NCBI GenBank assembly: GCA_963664815.2
Contig: CAXXHB010000001.1
Coordinates: 29,511 to 93,510, forward strand
DNA: 64,000 nt
Source of the DNA: Spirochaetota bacterium
GTDB taxonomy: Bacteria > Spirochaetota > UBA4802 > UBA5550
Direction of reading: 5' to 3'
The stretch's first letter is position 1. Every line of letters begins with the position of its first letter. The notes beneath the pieces are model-generated. The model did not search any database. It was given only the letters and a program-made list of their open reading frames with translations, and was not told the DNA's origin. Both the position numbers and the translations under genes were made by a program. Shown piece by piece: positions 9,681-19,658 of the stretch.

Positions 9681-10319
9681 ATGTCACTGGTTAAGCTTAA
9701 TCCAATGTTCCATAAAAACACAAGGAGCCTTGGAGATATCGTCTTCTACGAGCGAAACGGAGTTCTTTTCAACAGGGTCAAGGGTGAAAGGAAAAAAGCT
9801 GCTTCTGCCGTGGAACTTGAAATCCGCAAAACTTTCAGGCATATGACAAGCAGCTGGAGCGGTTCAACAGATGCCATCCGGAAAGCCTGGAACGCCTACG
9901 CCCTGGCAAAGGGTGCAGGCCTAAGCGGCTACAACCGGTTTATAAAGGAGAACTACACTCCTGCAAAAGCCGGTACTCCTCTTCAGCTCTGCAGGCAGAT
10001 GGGGGATATAAAAGCGCCGACCCTGACAGTAGCCACTGCCACAGTTTCGGGGAGTATAACCGGAAACTATGTAAATCCCGCCGGTAACCCTGACGGAAAG
10101 TTTATCCAGGTACTTGCGATAAACAAAAAAGCAGGGGAGACACAGGAGAAGGCCCACGTTGTTACAGAAGCAGTAACAGCCGCAGCAGGAGACTTTGAAA
10201 TAACCGGGCTTATCCCTGGTGATACATATTTCATCTATGCGGTTTTTACAGATGTCAACGGAGCAGCTGTGACCAAGGTTTCGGAGTCTGCAGCATTGAC
10301 AGCAATTGCTGCAGTGTAA
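9681..10319 (+). CDS. DUF6266-like protein with a C-terminal Ig/FN3-like domain
   Basis: LGDIVFYERNG...R...F...W...RKAWNAYA...SGYNRFIKEN N-terminus; beta-rich tail ITGLIPGDTYFIY; GGAGG RBS. Confidence 0.55.
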   Translation: MSLVKLNPMFHKNTRSLGDIVFYERNGVLFNRVKGERKKAASAVELEIRKTFRHMTSSWSGSTDAIRKAWNAYALAKGAGLSGYNRFIKENYTPAKAGTPLQLCRQMGDIKAPTLTVATATVSGSITGNYVNPAGNPDGKFIQVLAINKKAGETQEKAHVVTEAVTAAAGDFEITGLIPGDTYFIYAVFTDVNGAAVTKVSESAALTAIAAV

Positions 10320-10334
10320 GAGAATAAGGATTGA

Positions 10335-10360
10335 AGGGGAAAGCGCAAGCTTTCCCCTTA
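10335..10360 (+). terminator. intrinsic terminator-like hairpin
   Basis: aggggaaagc-gcaa-gctttcccct directly after the stop codon. Confidence 0.7.
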
Positions 10361-10489
10361 TCTATTATATATTATTTTAATCATTTTAAAAGGCATTCAA
10401 GCAATTCCTTGACAGCCAGTTAGTCTTGAGAAGTTGAACCAGTACATTACTGACAATAATTATTCAAGTTGACCTGTTTGAATTAAATT

Positions 10490-11161
10490 TCACCAGGGAA
10501 GATCATATTTAACATTGATTTTTTTACCGCTTGTTTCTTCTGCTACATAATTTTTTATTGCTTCGAGAAGCTGATCAAAATTGGTATAGGGATTAACCAT
10601 ATATGTTTTTAATTCATGTGGTGTGCTTTTAGACATATTTTTTCTTAAAACAACCGCATTACGAGACGCAATTTTTTCCGCATTTTCTTCTTTTTGATGG
10701 AGATCACGGTATATGTTCGAATTTCCTTTATCATAAGCAAAAGCAATATCCGGTTCACTTTTCATATATTTTATTACCTCACTGCTGCTTTTAAAATTTC
10801 TGGATGAATACTTCAGATGAAGAAGTATCCATATTTCAAATGATATGTTCGAAAAAGCGATATTTATACCATTATCACGGGCTTTAATCATTGCCTCATC
10901 CAGAGGATGCTCATCACAATCAAAAGCAGCCCATAGAATATCTTCATCAAGCTCTTTATACAACAGTATTTCATCAACAAGACCGCGTGGATTATTTTTA
11001 TCAATATCAACACATTTTATCTTTATTGAAGGAAGCTCATAATTATTTTTCTGCATAAACCCTTTTATATAAGCATGCTCGGAATGATCCATAGCTCCTT
11101 CAAATGCAATATACATGCATCTCCGTGGCTGGAGAACAGATTTTTTCTTTTCTTTCGGCAT
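10490..11161 (-). CDS. rloB: RloB-family protein
   Basis: FEG..E..Y, WAAFDCD, AFSNISFEIWILLH, NPYT motifs; coupled to an AAA ATPase. Confidence 0.85.
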   Translation of the reverse strand: MPKEKKKSVLQPRRCMYIAFEGAMDHSEHAYIKGFMQKNNYELPSIKIKCVDIDKNNPRGLVDEILLYKELDEDILWAAFDCDEHPLDEAMIKARDNGINIAFSNISFEIWILLHLKYSSRNFKSSSEVIKYMKSEPDIAFAYDKGNSNIYRDLHQKEENAEKIASRNAVVLRKNMSKSTPHELKTYMVNPYTNFDQLLEAIKNYVAEETSGKKINVKYDLPW

Positions 11162-12444
11162 TACTTCCTTTCCGGAAGGAGACTTCTATTTATATGGGGA
11201 ATCGCATCGAAGCGGCCCTCAAGGTACCATTTTCCAAAAGGGGTATTGCCCCGAACCTTGTCCTTATCATATTCATCGAGGGAGTAGAGCTTTGTCTCAC
11301 CATTTTTTTCCTTCTCAGTGAACCACACCTGGTCACGCCTGAAGTTTTCAGGCTTCATCAGAGATATATCATGGGTAGTTACTATAAGCTGCGCACCATG
11401 GGGATTACGTTCAGGGCTGTTGAATTCGGAAATGATAAATTCTGAAAGCAAGGAATGGAGAGAGCGATCTATTTCGTCGATAACAAGAAGACTTCCTGAA
11501 TCCAATGCAAAAATAACTGAATGAGCAAGTTTGAACAACTGCTGAGTTCCATCTGATTCATCAACAAAGTCAAACAATACCTGCGAATTATCCTCAAGAA
11601 TATGTTTAACCTTTATTTCATATTTAAATAAATTTTTTAATTTTGATGCAGATTCCTGCGGGAAATGCATTTCTGAAAAAAGATTGTCAATATTATCTCT
11701 TTCATTGAACACAATATCATCAATGGCAATATCAGCAGAATTGATATATCTCAATATCTCATTTTTAAAATTCATATTTTCTGCCGGGTATACTCCGGAA
11801 AGATACATCATTTTTGATAACAGCTCATCAGTTGTTCCCGTCTGGATTATTTCTGTTGTATCAGAAAAGATCCTGTAAACAGGATCGAGCTGGCTCAGAT
11901 TATTATTTACTGCAACAGATAAATATAACTGATTTGCAAGAAGTATATTTTCTATCTGTTTTTTATGGCCTTTTAGTTGTGTGCCAAACTCAATTGATTT
12001 CCCTTTTTCCCTTATGAACAGCTTTGTCTTCTGTTTTTTCGGATAGTAGAACAGGGATTCAAATATAACCTCTTTTTTATCAAATCTGACAGCATATAAA
12101 TACCTGATTTTATCATCTGCAATAAATTCAACTTCAAAAGATGAAGGTTCATTCCTCGATGTACTGTCAAGCTGATAGGGCTCATAAAACTGTATAGGTT
12201 CATCCTTGCTTAATTTATGAGATACTTCAATATATTCCCAGAGAACATTTAGCGCCTTAACTACATTGGATTTTCCAGATGCATTGGCTCCGTAGATTAT
12301 GGCAGAGGGGAGAAGCCTGAAGTTTTCTCCGGGTACTTCAATCCTGTTATCAATAAGGTCGCCGGTACTGTCGGAGGCTACCAGACTGAGTGTCTGTTCG
12401 TTTTTTATTGAACGGAAGTTTTTTACTGTAAAATCAATTAACAT
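11161..12444 (-). CDS. rloA: RloA/AbiEii-type AAA_21 ATPase
   Basis: MLIDFTVKNFRSI, GANASGKS, ESDGT, IDEIDRSLH, QLIVTTHD, RRDQVWF, YLEGRF. Confidence 0.85.
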   Translation of the reverse strand: MLIDFTVKNFRSIKNEQTLSLVASDSTGDLIDNRIEVPGENFRLLPSAIIYGANASGKSNVVKALNVLWEYIEVSHKLSKDEPIQFYEPYQLDSTSRNEPSSFEVEFIADDKIRYLYAVRFDKKEVIFESLFYYPKKQKTKLFIREKGKSIEFGTQLKGHKKQIENILLANQLYLSVAVNNNLSQLDPVYRIFSDTTEIIQTGTTDELLSKMMYLSGVYPAENMNFKNEILRYINSADIAIDDIVFNERDNIDNLFSEMHFPQESASKLKNLFKYEIKVKHILEDNSQVLFDFVDESDGTQQLFKLAHSVIFALDSGSLLVIDEIDRSLHSLLSEFIISEFNSPERNPHGAQLIVTTHDISLMKPENFRRDQVWFTEKEKNGETKLYSLDEYDKDKVRGNTPFGKWYLEGRFDAIPHINRSLLPERK

Positions 12445-12914
12445 AAGTATAACCAGTTAAAATTAAAGCTATTTTCGTAAATATAATACAAATTATGAGT
12501 CAATTATAATACATACATCTGAAATTGCTATCTTTTTTTGCTGGTTTTTTAATATAAAAAGTATTCAATACGACCTGTTTAAATTAAATTTTTACTTTTT
12601 TGAGCCGGAGGATGATGTTTAATCCCCCGAAAATTTATGCAGGTTGCTGATATAGTTTCTATTTCTTCTTTAATACAAAATCTGTGTCCTTAACTATTTG
12701 ATCCAGAGATGAGTCAGCAAGCTCAATTCCAGATTTTTCAGCATTTTTTTTATCTGTGTATAACTGCGTAAGCATTTTAATTTACTATTATGAGATCAGG
12801 CGAGCGGATTGAACGATTTATAATATAAATAATTCATGTAAATAAATAGTATTAGTATTAGAAATTGCCCTTGCCGGAGACGGCAGCAATCACATTCACT
12901 TAACCGGGAAACGG

Positions 12915-14171
12915 CTACTTCTGAAACTCGTCATTAGCCCATGAACCCTGCTGTGCTATTGATCCGTCGCTGTAATACATTGTCCCATTTCCATGAAAGC
13001 TGCCATTGATAAAATCGCCGACATACTTCTTGCCGTTGTTAAATGTATAAACGCCTTTCCCCTCTCTTATCCCCTCTTTCCAGTCCCCGGTATAGCTGTC
13101 TCCGCTTTTAAACTTTATAGTCCCTTTCCCGTTTACGAAGCCGCTCTTCCATGTCCCTTCAATGACTGCTCCGTCCGGCTGGGTTTCTTTACCGTGGCCA
13201 TCGTAATACCCCTCTTTGAATTCCCCTGTAAAAACAACTCCGGTGAAAGATGTAAGAGTACCACTTCCGCTTCTCATTCCATTTTTAAATTCCCCTTTAT
13301 AGCGGCTCCCGTTTGTCCAGAAAAATTCACCCTTGCCATGCATCCGGTTCCCTTTGAACTGGCCGACATACCTATTCCCGTTAGGGAAAAGAAATGTATC
13401 TTTTCCCTTCTTTATGCCTGCCATCATTCTGTAAACGGGAAATCCCTTCTTCACCCGGGTAACAAGAGTTCTTGTCCCTCCGACCATTTTACACCTGGAT
13501 ACGGTCATCATCGGGAAGTTTACAACAAGGGCGCACATTATACCGTTAACTTCAACAAAAAGCCTGTCGCCAAGCATTAATCCCCCGGCATCAGTTACAG
13601 TAACTTCATAAGCAGGGGAATTAACCTCTACAACCTTGCTGACCGGTACTCTATCATTATCCCCTTTGTCGGGGAGAGCTATATTCCCTGTGAAGATGTA
13701 ATGAGAGAACATGCCGTCTTCGACAGTGCCGTCAGCATAAATGTATCTGCCCCTGCCATTGGGGGTGTTTTTATAAAACTCCCCTTCATATTTATCGCCG
13801 TTGGAGAAGTTATGAACCCCGGATCCGTTTCTGCGTCCGGCTGAAAAATTACCGGTATAACTGTCGCCGTTAGACCATTCAATTGTACCGGCGCCGTTCA
13901 GATCGCCGTCTTTAAATGCTCCTGTATAGCAGTCTCCGTTTGTCCATAACATGATTCCGTTACCGTCAGGTTTCCCTTTCAGCCAGTCTCCCGAATAGAT
14001 GATACCGTCCTTTTTCCGGATTATTCCTTTGCCGTTTATGCAGTTCCCTTCAATGCAGCCGGTGCCGGTTTTTTTCAGCAGCTCGTTTTTTTTGGCTGCA
14101 TTTTTAACGGGAGCGGCGGCGCATGAGAATATAAGCAAAACTGAAAGATAAATAAAAAAATGTCTCTGCAT
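12915..14171 (-). CDS. MORN-repeat lipoprotein with a central beta domain
   Basis: Lipobox-like LIFSC; many YxGxFxxGxxxGxG repeats. Confidence 0.85.
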   Translation of the reverse strand: MQRHFFIYLSVLLIFSCAAAPVKNAAKKNELLKKTGTGCIEGNCINGKGIIRKKDGIIYSGDWLKGKPDGNGIMLWTNGDCYTGAFKDGDLNGAGTIEWSNGDSYTGNFSAGRRNGSGVHNFSNGDKYEGEFYKNTPNGRGRYIYADGTVEDGMFSHYIFTGNIALPDKGDNDRVPVSKVVEVNSPAYEVTVTDAGGLMLGDRLFVEVNGIMCALVVNFPMMTVSRCKMVGGTRTLVTRVKKGFPVYRMMAGIKKGKDTFLFPNGNRYVGQFKGNRMHGKGEFFWTNGSRYKGEFKNGMRSGSGTLTSFTGVVFTGEFKEGYYDGHGKETQPDGAVIEGTWKSGFVNGKGTIKFKSGDSYTGDWKEGIREGKGVYTFNNGKKYVGDFINGSFHGNGTMYYSDGSIAQQGSWANDEFQK

Positions 14172-14185
14172 GATAACCCCGGTTA

Positions 14186-15310
14186 TTAATGCTTCGTCTT
14201 CGCTTCGAGAACCTTCTCCGCATCTTTATACGGCCTTCCCGACATTGCATTATATTTTTTGAAAAGTTCATATGCCCTGACAAGCTTTAAGTTGTCCACC
14301 GCCCCCTCAACAGTTTTTCCCGTGTAGATTGCCGGCAGATAATCAAAGGCTGTTTTTCTGGCAGATGATTTAATAGAAAAATCAGCCTTGCTCTGCGCAG
14401 CCTCATTAAGAATCGTTTCAAGAGTTTCTGAGGAAACATAGGGAGTATATTCGGCAAGAATCATCAGCATTGTCTTTTTTGATGTTTTGTCAATGAGATA
14501 GTTCGGTTTGTTCTTTAAAATATAAGATGATGATTTTAAAAGCACATCTTCAAGATATTTTGTCTTTTCATCATCTACTCCTGTATACCTGTTTGTCAGA
14601 TTGGAATACATCCCGACAAAGAGCATTTCAATAAAGGATTTGTTCTGCCCCCCCGTATCGGCCGCAGGATCAGCTCCATTTGCAAGAAGCAGATCGAAAC
14701 AGGCTGTATTGAGTTTATTCCTGGAATTGCTGTTCGCATTAATACAGAAAAAAACGGCTGAATCGCCCTTACCCTTTACATTTTTATCACAGATATTGTC
14801 TCTTTTTTTAATGTCAGCTTTATTTTTTATAAGAGCTTCAACAATATCCGAATCCATTACCTCCACCGCTCTCATAAGTGCAGTAATTCCTATTTTGTCA
14901 CTGGCATTAACATTTGCCCCGGATTTAATCAGGAGATTGACAACATTAACATTTCCCCGGCCTGCTGCCTTAATCAGCGGGGTCTCATTTTGATTATTTG
15001 CAAGATCGACCTTAGCTCCGGCCTCCAGAAGGAGATTGATCATATCAAGTCTGGTCTTTTCATCTTTGTCTTTATCATAAAAACTGACCGCAGTGATAAG
15101 GGGCGTACTCGAGTCATAGGATCCGGTTTGTACAACATTTATGGCATCACGGTCTTTGACAAGCTCCTTAAGAGATGCCACATCCTTTTTTTCTATTGCT
15201 TTAATAATCTCCTGAGTCTTTGCAGTAATTTCAGGCGACGGATCTTTTGAGTATGAGTTAATGCCGATTGAAACAATAAATGCGGTAATTACCAGTAAAT
15301 ACTTTTTCAC
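14186..15310 (-). CDS. exported ankyrin-repeat protein
   Basis: TPLITAV, TPLIKAA, TALMRAV repeats; signal peptide from GTG 15310 after GGAG. Confidence 0.85.
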   Translation of the reverse strand: MKKYLLVITAFIVSIGINSYSKDPSPEITAKTQEIIKAIEKKDVASLKELVKDRDAINVVQTGSYDSSTPLITAVSFYDKDKDEKTRLDMINLLLEAGAKVDLANNQNETPLIKAAGRGNVNVVNLLIKSGANVNASDKIGITALMRAVEVMDSDIVEALIKNKADIKKRDNICDKNVKGKGDSAVFFCINANSNSRNKLNTACFDLLLANGADPAADTGGQNKSFIEMLFVGMYSNLTNRYTGVDDEKTKYLEDVLLKSSSYILKNKPNYLIDKTSKKTMLMILAEYTPYVSSETLETILNEAAQSKADFSIKSSARKTAFDYLPAIYTGKTVEGAVDNLKLVRAYELFKKYNAMSGRPYKDAEKVLEAKTKH

Positions 15311-15661
15311 AACTTCTCCTCCGGGAAACAAATTGAATTTATAACGACATAAATATCTAAAATACAGACATGCAGAAAAGCAAGAACTATTCATTTAAAC
15401 GGCAGGGTTTTTCGGCAGGATTTTAAAATCCTCCTGCTCACAGCCCTGTAGTGGACGTTTCTGTATACAGTGAAGGGGGGGAAACAACATTGATACGGAA
15501 TACTTCAATGAAACGCCATTTTAAATTCAGGACCGTTTAATTCCTTCGTTTCTCTTTCATTCATTTCACCTAAAAAACCCTTTGTGCTGATTGTTTTTTT
15601 TATATAATTTTTCCTGCCAGTATTTAAAGAATCAATCCAGATCCAGTCCGGCCAGGTACAT

Positions 15662-15721
15662 CCGGATAACTTATATTTAGGCGTAAAATTCCGGGATTAT
15701 GCCGATATAAAAATTATCCGG
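15662..15721. other. candidate recombination/binding site (25-bp inverted arms, 10-bp spacer)
   Basis: ccggataacttatatttaggcgtaa / ttatgccgatataaaaattatccgg, 20/25 complementary, ~80 bp upstream of the recombinase. Confidence 0.5.
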
Positions 15722-15802
15722 CTGCGCATGTTGAGTTTAAGGACATTACGCTCATTGAGCGGAGTCGAAATGAGCTGTTTATGAACTATATGGAGAATAT
15801 AT

Positions 15803-16807
15803 ATGCCGGGGATTTCACACATCGGGAAAAAACAGATAATAGACCAGGTTGAGAAGTTTCTTGACTCCAGAGGCCTTGATTCGCTGAACGGAAGCGAACT
15901 TGAGTATATAACAAAGCAGCTTCTTGTTGACCGTTTAAAGGATGAGCTGAAAATTGAGCTGAAAAAATCCTCGGTTGATCTGGAGACGCTGCTGGACCGC
16001 TGGCTTGAAGGTTTCGATTCTGAGGCCACGCGCGAGACTTACGGCAAAGGCCTCCAGATTTTCTTTAACTGGCTTGAGCTTCACGGCAGAAACATTTTCA
16101 ACCTTAACTCCATTGACGTTGACGATTACGTGAACTTCATTAAAAAGCAGTATTCAATGAGCAACAGCATAAGGGAAAGAATTGCCGCCGCTTCGAGTTT
16201 CTTCTCTTTTCTTGAAAGAAATGACGTTATTGCCAGGAATTATTTTAAAGGGTGCTCGAGGCCTCCAAAGCCCTTTGACACAAAAAGTCCGGATGATGTT
16301 CCGGGTGAACATGAACTGGAGATTATTTTTAATTCACTTTTTGAGGAGCTGAATGCTGAGGGTAAAGGTTCGGCAGGGAAAAAAAGGCAGGCAAGGATTT
16401 TAACCGGCGTGCTCAGCGTTATTGTCCGCCACGGTATAAGGTGCGGCTCCCTGCCGTCCTTTTCCGTTGATAAAAACGGCCACTACAGGGCGCAGAGCAA
16501 AGGGAAAGAGATCCGGGGGACTCTTGACAGTGATGTTGCTGAAAAGCTCGGAAGCCTCGGTTTTGACAGGGCCAGACCCTTTAAAGACCTGAAGGTTAAT
16601 TCGGTTCAGAAGGCCTTTGAGAGGTTCAATAAACGGCTTGTGACGGAAGGAAAGCTGAAGACCGTTTACAGCCTGCATGACCTGAGGCATTATGCCGCCG
16701 TCAGGTTTTATTCCGTGGGTAAGGATATCATTGCCACACAGAGGTACCTGGGACACAGTTCGGTCGCCATTACGCAGGTTTACCTGGCGAGCCTGGAGTG
16801 TGAATAA
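15803..16807 (+). CDS. tyrosine recombinase (phage integrase family)
   Basis: Catalytic R (GIRC), HxxR (LHDLRH), LGHSS..TQVY; SAM-like N-terminal domain. Confidence 0.92.
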   Translation: MPGISHIGKKQIIDQVEKFLDSRGLDSLNGSELEYITKQLLVDRLKDELKIELKKSSVDLETLLDRWLEGFDSEATRETYGKGLQIFFNWLELHGRNIFNLNSIDVDDYVNFIKKQYSMSNSIRERIAAASSFFSFLERNDVIARNYFKGCSRPPKPFDTKSPDDVPGEHELEIIFNSLFEELNAEGKGSAGKKRQARILTGVLSVIVRHGIRCGSLPSFSVDKNGHYRAQSKGKEIRGTLDSDVAEKLGSLGFDRARPFKDLKVNSVQKAFERFNKRLVTEGKLKTVYSLHDLRHYAAVRFYSVGKDIIATQRYLGHSSVAITQVYLASLECE

Positions 16808-17048
16808 AATCATTATTTATGCTTTTTGAAATTATTAAAGCTGTCTGAAATTTAACAGATGGTCAGCAAAAGTGCAGAAGACAGACCCTTCCGCGCTCTC
16901 ACTCTGAAGCCCTGAAACCGGTATTACCCTTTTACCAGATGCTGATGAACGATGCAATGCCGGTCTGCTGGTTATAACAATTTCAGGGTGCTCCGGAAAA
17001 GGAAAGATCAAAAATAACCCTGATCCTGCTAATAATGTCAAATGTCCG

Positions 17049-17435
17049 GTGTGCAAAGGTTCAGGTGTAATTAAAATACATGCTGCACCGGAAAACAGAA
17101 AAAATACTGAAATAGATGAAGATTCATACTGCTACCGTACCCTGGTCACTGCAGGCTGTCTCTTCTGGCTTGGGTACGAAATCGCGCATAAAGATGACAT
17201 GGAATACAAAAACAGGGAAATGGACCGTGAGATCAGGGATATTGAGAATCATGAAGCAGAAGACCCGGCAATACATGTTGAAAGATCGGCTACTGTAAAA
17301 AGGGTCAAATGCCCCAGATGTAATGGTACCGGATGGATCAGCAAATCAGATTATGATACTCCGGCAGGTGACAACAATGACATTGATTTTATCATACGCC
17401 GGAACGATGAACTGAAACACAATAAACCGGAATAA
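17049..17435 (+). CDS. hypothetical protein with DnaJ-type CxxCxGxG motifs (5' end unclear)
   Basis: KCPVCKGSG and KCPRCNGTG in one frame, open from ~16908 with no ATG near the 5' end. Confidence 0.45.
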   Translation: MCKGSGVIKIHAAPENRKNTEIDEDSYCYRTLVTAGCLFWLGYEIAHKDDMEYKNREMDREIRDIENHEAEDPAIHVERSATVKRVKCPRCNGTGWISKSDYDTPAGDNNDIDFIIRRNDELKHNKPE

Positions 17436-17561
17436 ATAACTTTGAGCGCTTTAATCCGGGAAATAATAAATAATTGACAGGATAATTATAATATAAATTT
17501 AAAAATAATTATTCATGTTTTATTCCAGTGCGCTATTACCGCAGGAAAACCCGTTATCCCT

Positions 17562-18332
17562 TCATTTATCCCTGTAAACAATACCACCCCTTGTAAAACG
17601 GCATCCGGACGCATCCCATTTCATCTCAACCGCGCGATCCGCGGATTTTTTCATAAAATTGCAGTAATCCTCCAGATCACGGCCGGTACCGCGCGTCCGT
17701 TGAAAAAAGGTATGGTCATCAATCGGGCATGGCACAAGGTATACCGTTGTCCCTTTCCTGGGGAGCACGTATTCCCAGTCAACAAGGTCGGCGTATTTCT
17801 GCCGCATTGGATTTCTGCCGGAATAAAATTCAGGTAATTTTACCGCGGGGAACAGGTCGCTCAGGTCATAGCGTTTCCAGACGTGTTCCCTGAGATCAAA
17901 GAATACGCATTTCCTGGAATCGCCATCCGGGTGATTTTCAACTACTGAGTACGCCGGTATAATACTTTTATCAGCGCGTGTAAATATTACAAAAGTCAGA
18001 ATTGCCGTTGTCCCTTCATCTTTTATTTCAATCCTGATATAACCGTTCCTGATATCAATTATCTCCGGAGTGATTGTAAAACCCGCGATTTTTCCCGGGG
18101 ATAACAGCCTTTTGCGTTCATAAAACATGGTTGACTGGTCCGGACAGATGTTTTCAGCCGAAGTGATTAACCCTTCTTCAGGGCTGAGACGTATTTCTCC
18201 GCATAGCAGAAAATAATCGACAACCGTCTGCGGTGACTTCGCAACCTGGTTATAGCTGCGGTTATCCTGCGTAAACGCAGACTCTGTGAGAAACATCATC
18301 GTTATAAACAGTATTATTGTCCTTACCTGCAT
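17562..18332 (-). CDS. hypothetical exported protein
   Basis: Signal-peptide-like N-terminus MQVRTIILFITMMFLTESAFT. Confidence 0.6.
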   Translation of the reverse strand: MQVRTIILFITMMFLTESAFTQDNRSYNQVAKSPQTVVDYFLLCGEIRLSPEEGLITSAENICPDQSTMFYERKRLLSPGKIAGFTITPEIIDIRNGYIRIEIKDEGTTAILTFVIFTRADKSIIPAYSVVENHPDGDSRKCVFFDLREHVWKRYDLSDLFPAVKLPEFYSGRNPMRQKYADLVDWEYVLPRKGTTVYLVPCPIDDHTFFQRTRGTGRDLEDYCNFMKKSADRAVEMKWDASGCRFTRGGIVYRDK

Positions 18333-18597
18333 ATTTAAACCCCGCCGTTTTAAAAGATATCGTTTATTCATGGAGTATATATAATTTATTGTCAATCACT
18401 GATATGCACCGGCAGTACATTTAATTTATAATTTTCTGATATAATTTTCTGATATAATTTTCCATACGGTAAAAATGCGATTATATTCAGAAGGCTTAAA
18501 CTCAAATCCCGGAAGATAAATGTTTCTCTGTGAAAAACATTGCAGACACAAAGAAACCGTTATCTCCGGAAGTGATCTTTTCCCGGTATTCAGAAGA

Positions 18598-19047
18598 TCA
18601 TGAATTGCCGCCGTCTTTGTCTGAACCGGCGGGGGAGGGGGGCGTTTTGTCTGTTCTGTTCATCCGTCTGTCGTACTCCTTTACATAACGTTCGTACGCC
18701 GCCTTTCCTTCATCCGCCCAGAACCTGTGCAGATTGTGCCTGTCATCCCCATGAAAACCGTGATGAAAACCGCGGCGGGGATTTCTGTCAAAACGCGTAT
18801 ACCCTCTGTAGTACGGATGACCGAATCCGCCGAACAGTAACTTTGAAAGGACTATCAGCACAAAAGCCTGCAGAAAGGTTATGGTCCTGAATCCGAACAG
18901 TCCGGGAAACAGCCAGTTCCATAAATACTGCACAAGCAGTCCGAATATCAGCGCAAAAACAGTGGCGATAATCAGTCCTCCGGCCATCATCCGGAGTACA
19001 TGCATCAGCCGTAATCCGCGTCGTGTACCGTTGTCAGTTTTTCTCAT
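18598..19047 (-). CDS. membrane protein coupled to an ECF sigma factor
   Basis: VQYLWNWLFPGLFG...ITFLQA...LSKLLFGG; overlaps the sigma gene. Confidence 0.7.
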   Translation of the reverse strand: MRKTDNGTRRGLRLMHVLRMMAGGLIIATVFALIFGLLVQYLWNWLFPGLFGFRTITFLQAFVLIVLSKLLFGGFGHPYYRGYTRFDRNPRRGFHHGFHGDDRHNLHRFWADEGKAAYERYVKEYDRRMNRTDKTPPSPAGSDKDGGNS

Positions 19048-19600
19048 AAATATCCTCCAGATAAGATAAAAGTGTAAGTTCTTTCCTGATCTTTTTCATC
19101 GCGCGGGATTTTCTCGACAGCAGAGTCCCCACCGGGATTCCGCTCTCCTCCGAAATTTCCCTGAAAGATCTGGACTCGAATTCTGTCAAATATATGATCG
19201 ATTTCTCCTCCTCATCGAGAGAATCGATTGAAGAATAAAGCGCCTCAATCATGTCGTTTTTTTCGATCTCAGACATAACATCGTACCGGTCGTCATAAAT
19301 CATATCGTAGATCGAATATCCGTCTTCCGATACGGCATCGATCGAAACTGTATCACCGCCCCGTTTTTTCAGGATATCGGTCACCCTGTTGCGGAGCGAC
19401 CGGTAAACGTAAGCGGCAAGGTTCTGTACCGGCACGGTTACATCCGCAAGATTGAACATGTTCAGCATTACATCCTGCAGAATATCCTCACTGTCACGGT
19501 CTGCCGCATCGTCTATCATGCGGCGAACGTACCTGAGCAGATTTTCACGCTCATCTTTAAAAAACCCGGCGATACCGGAATGTATTCCTTTCTCTTTCAT
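19034..19600 (-). CDS. ECF RNA polymerase sigma-70 factor
   Basis: SEDILQDV, AYVYRSLRN, SFREISEESGIPVGTLLSRKSRA. Confidence 0.9.
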   Translation of the reverse strand: MKEKGIHSGIAGFFKDERENLLRYVRRMIDDAADRDSEDILQDVMLNMFNLADVTVPVQNLAAYVYRSLRNRVTDILKKRGGDTVSIDAVSEDGYSIYDMIYDDRYDVMSEIEKNDMIEALYSSIDSLDEEEKSIIYLTEFESRSFREISEESGIPVGTLLSRKSRAMKKIRKELTLLSYLEDIYEKN

Positions 19601-19658
19601 TCTTTATAAGACGACATCCATATACTTTTATTGCATAGAAAAAAATATTTTTTACGAT

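Noticed and set aside
15803-16807. Integron integrase with attC cassettes
   Set aside because: No IntI-specific insertion is apparent between the catalytic boxes, and I could not find consistent RYYYAAC/GTTRRRY ends in the linkers.
7350-16807. Conventional tailed prophage
   Set aside because: No terminase, portal, HK97 capsid or tail genes are recognisable.
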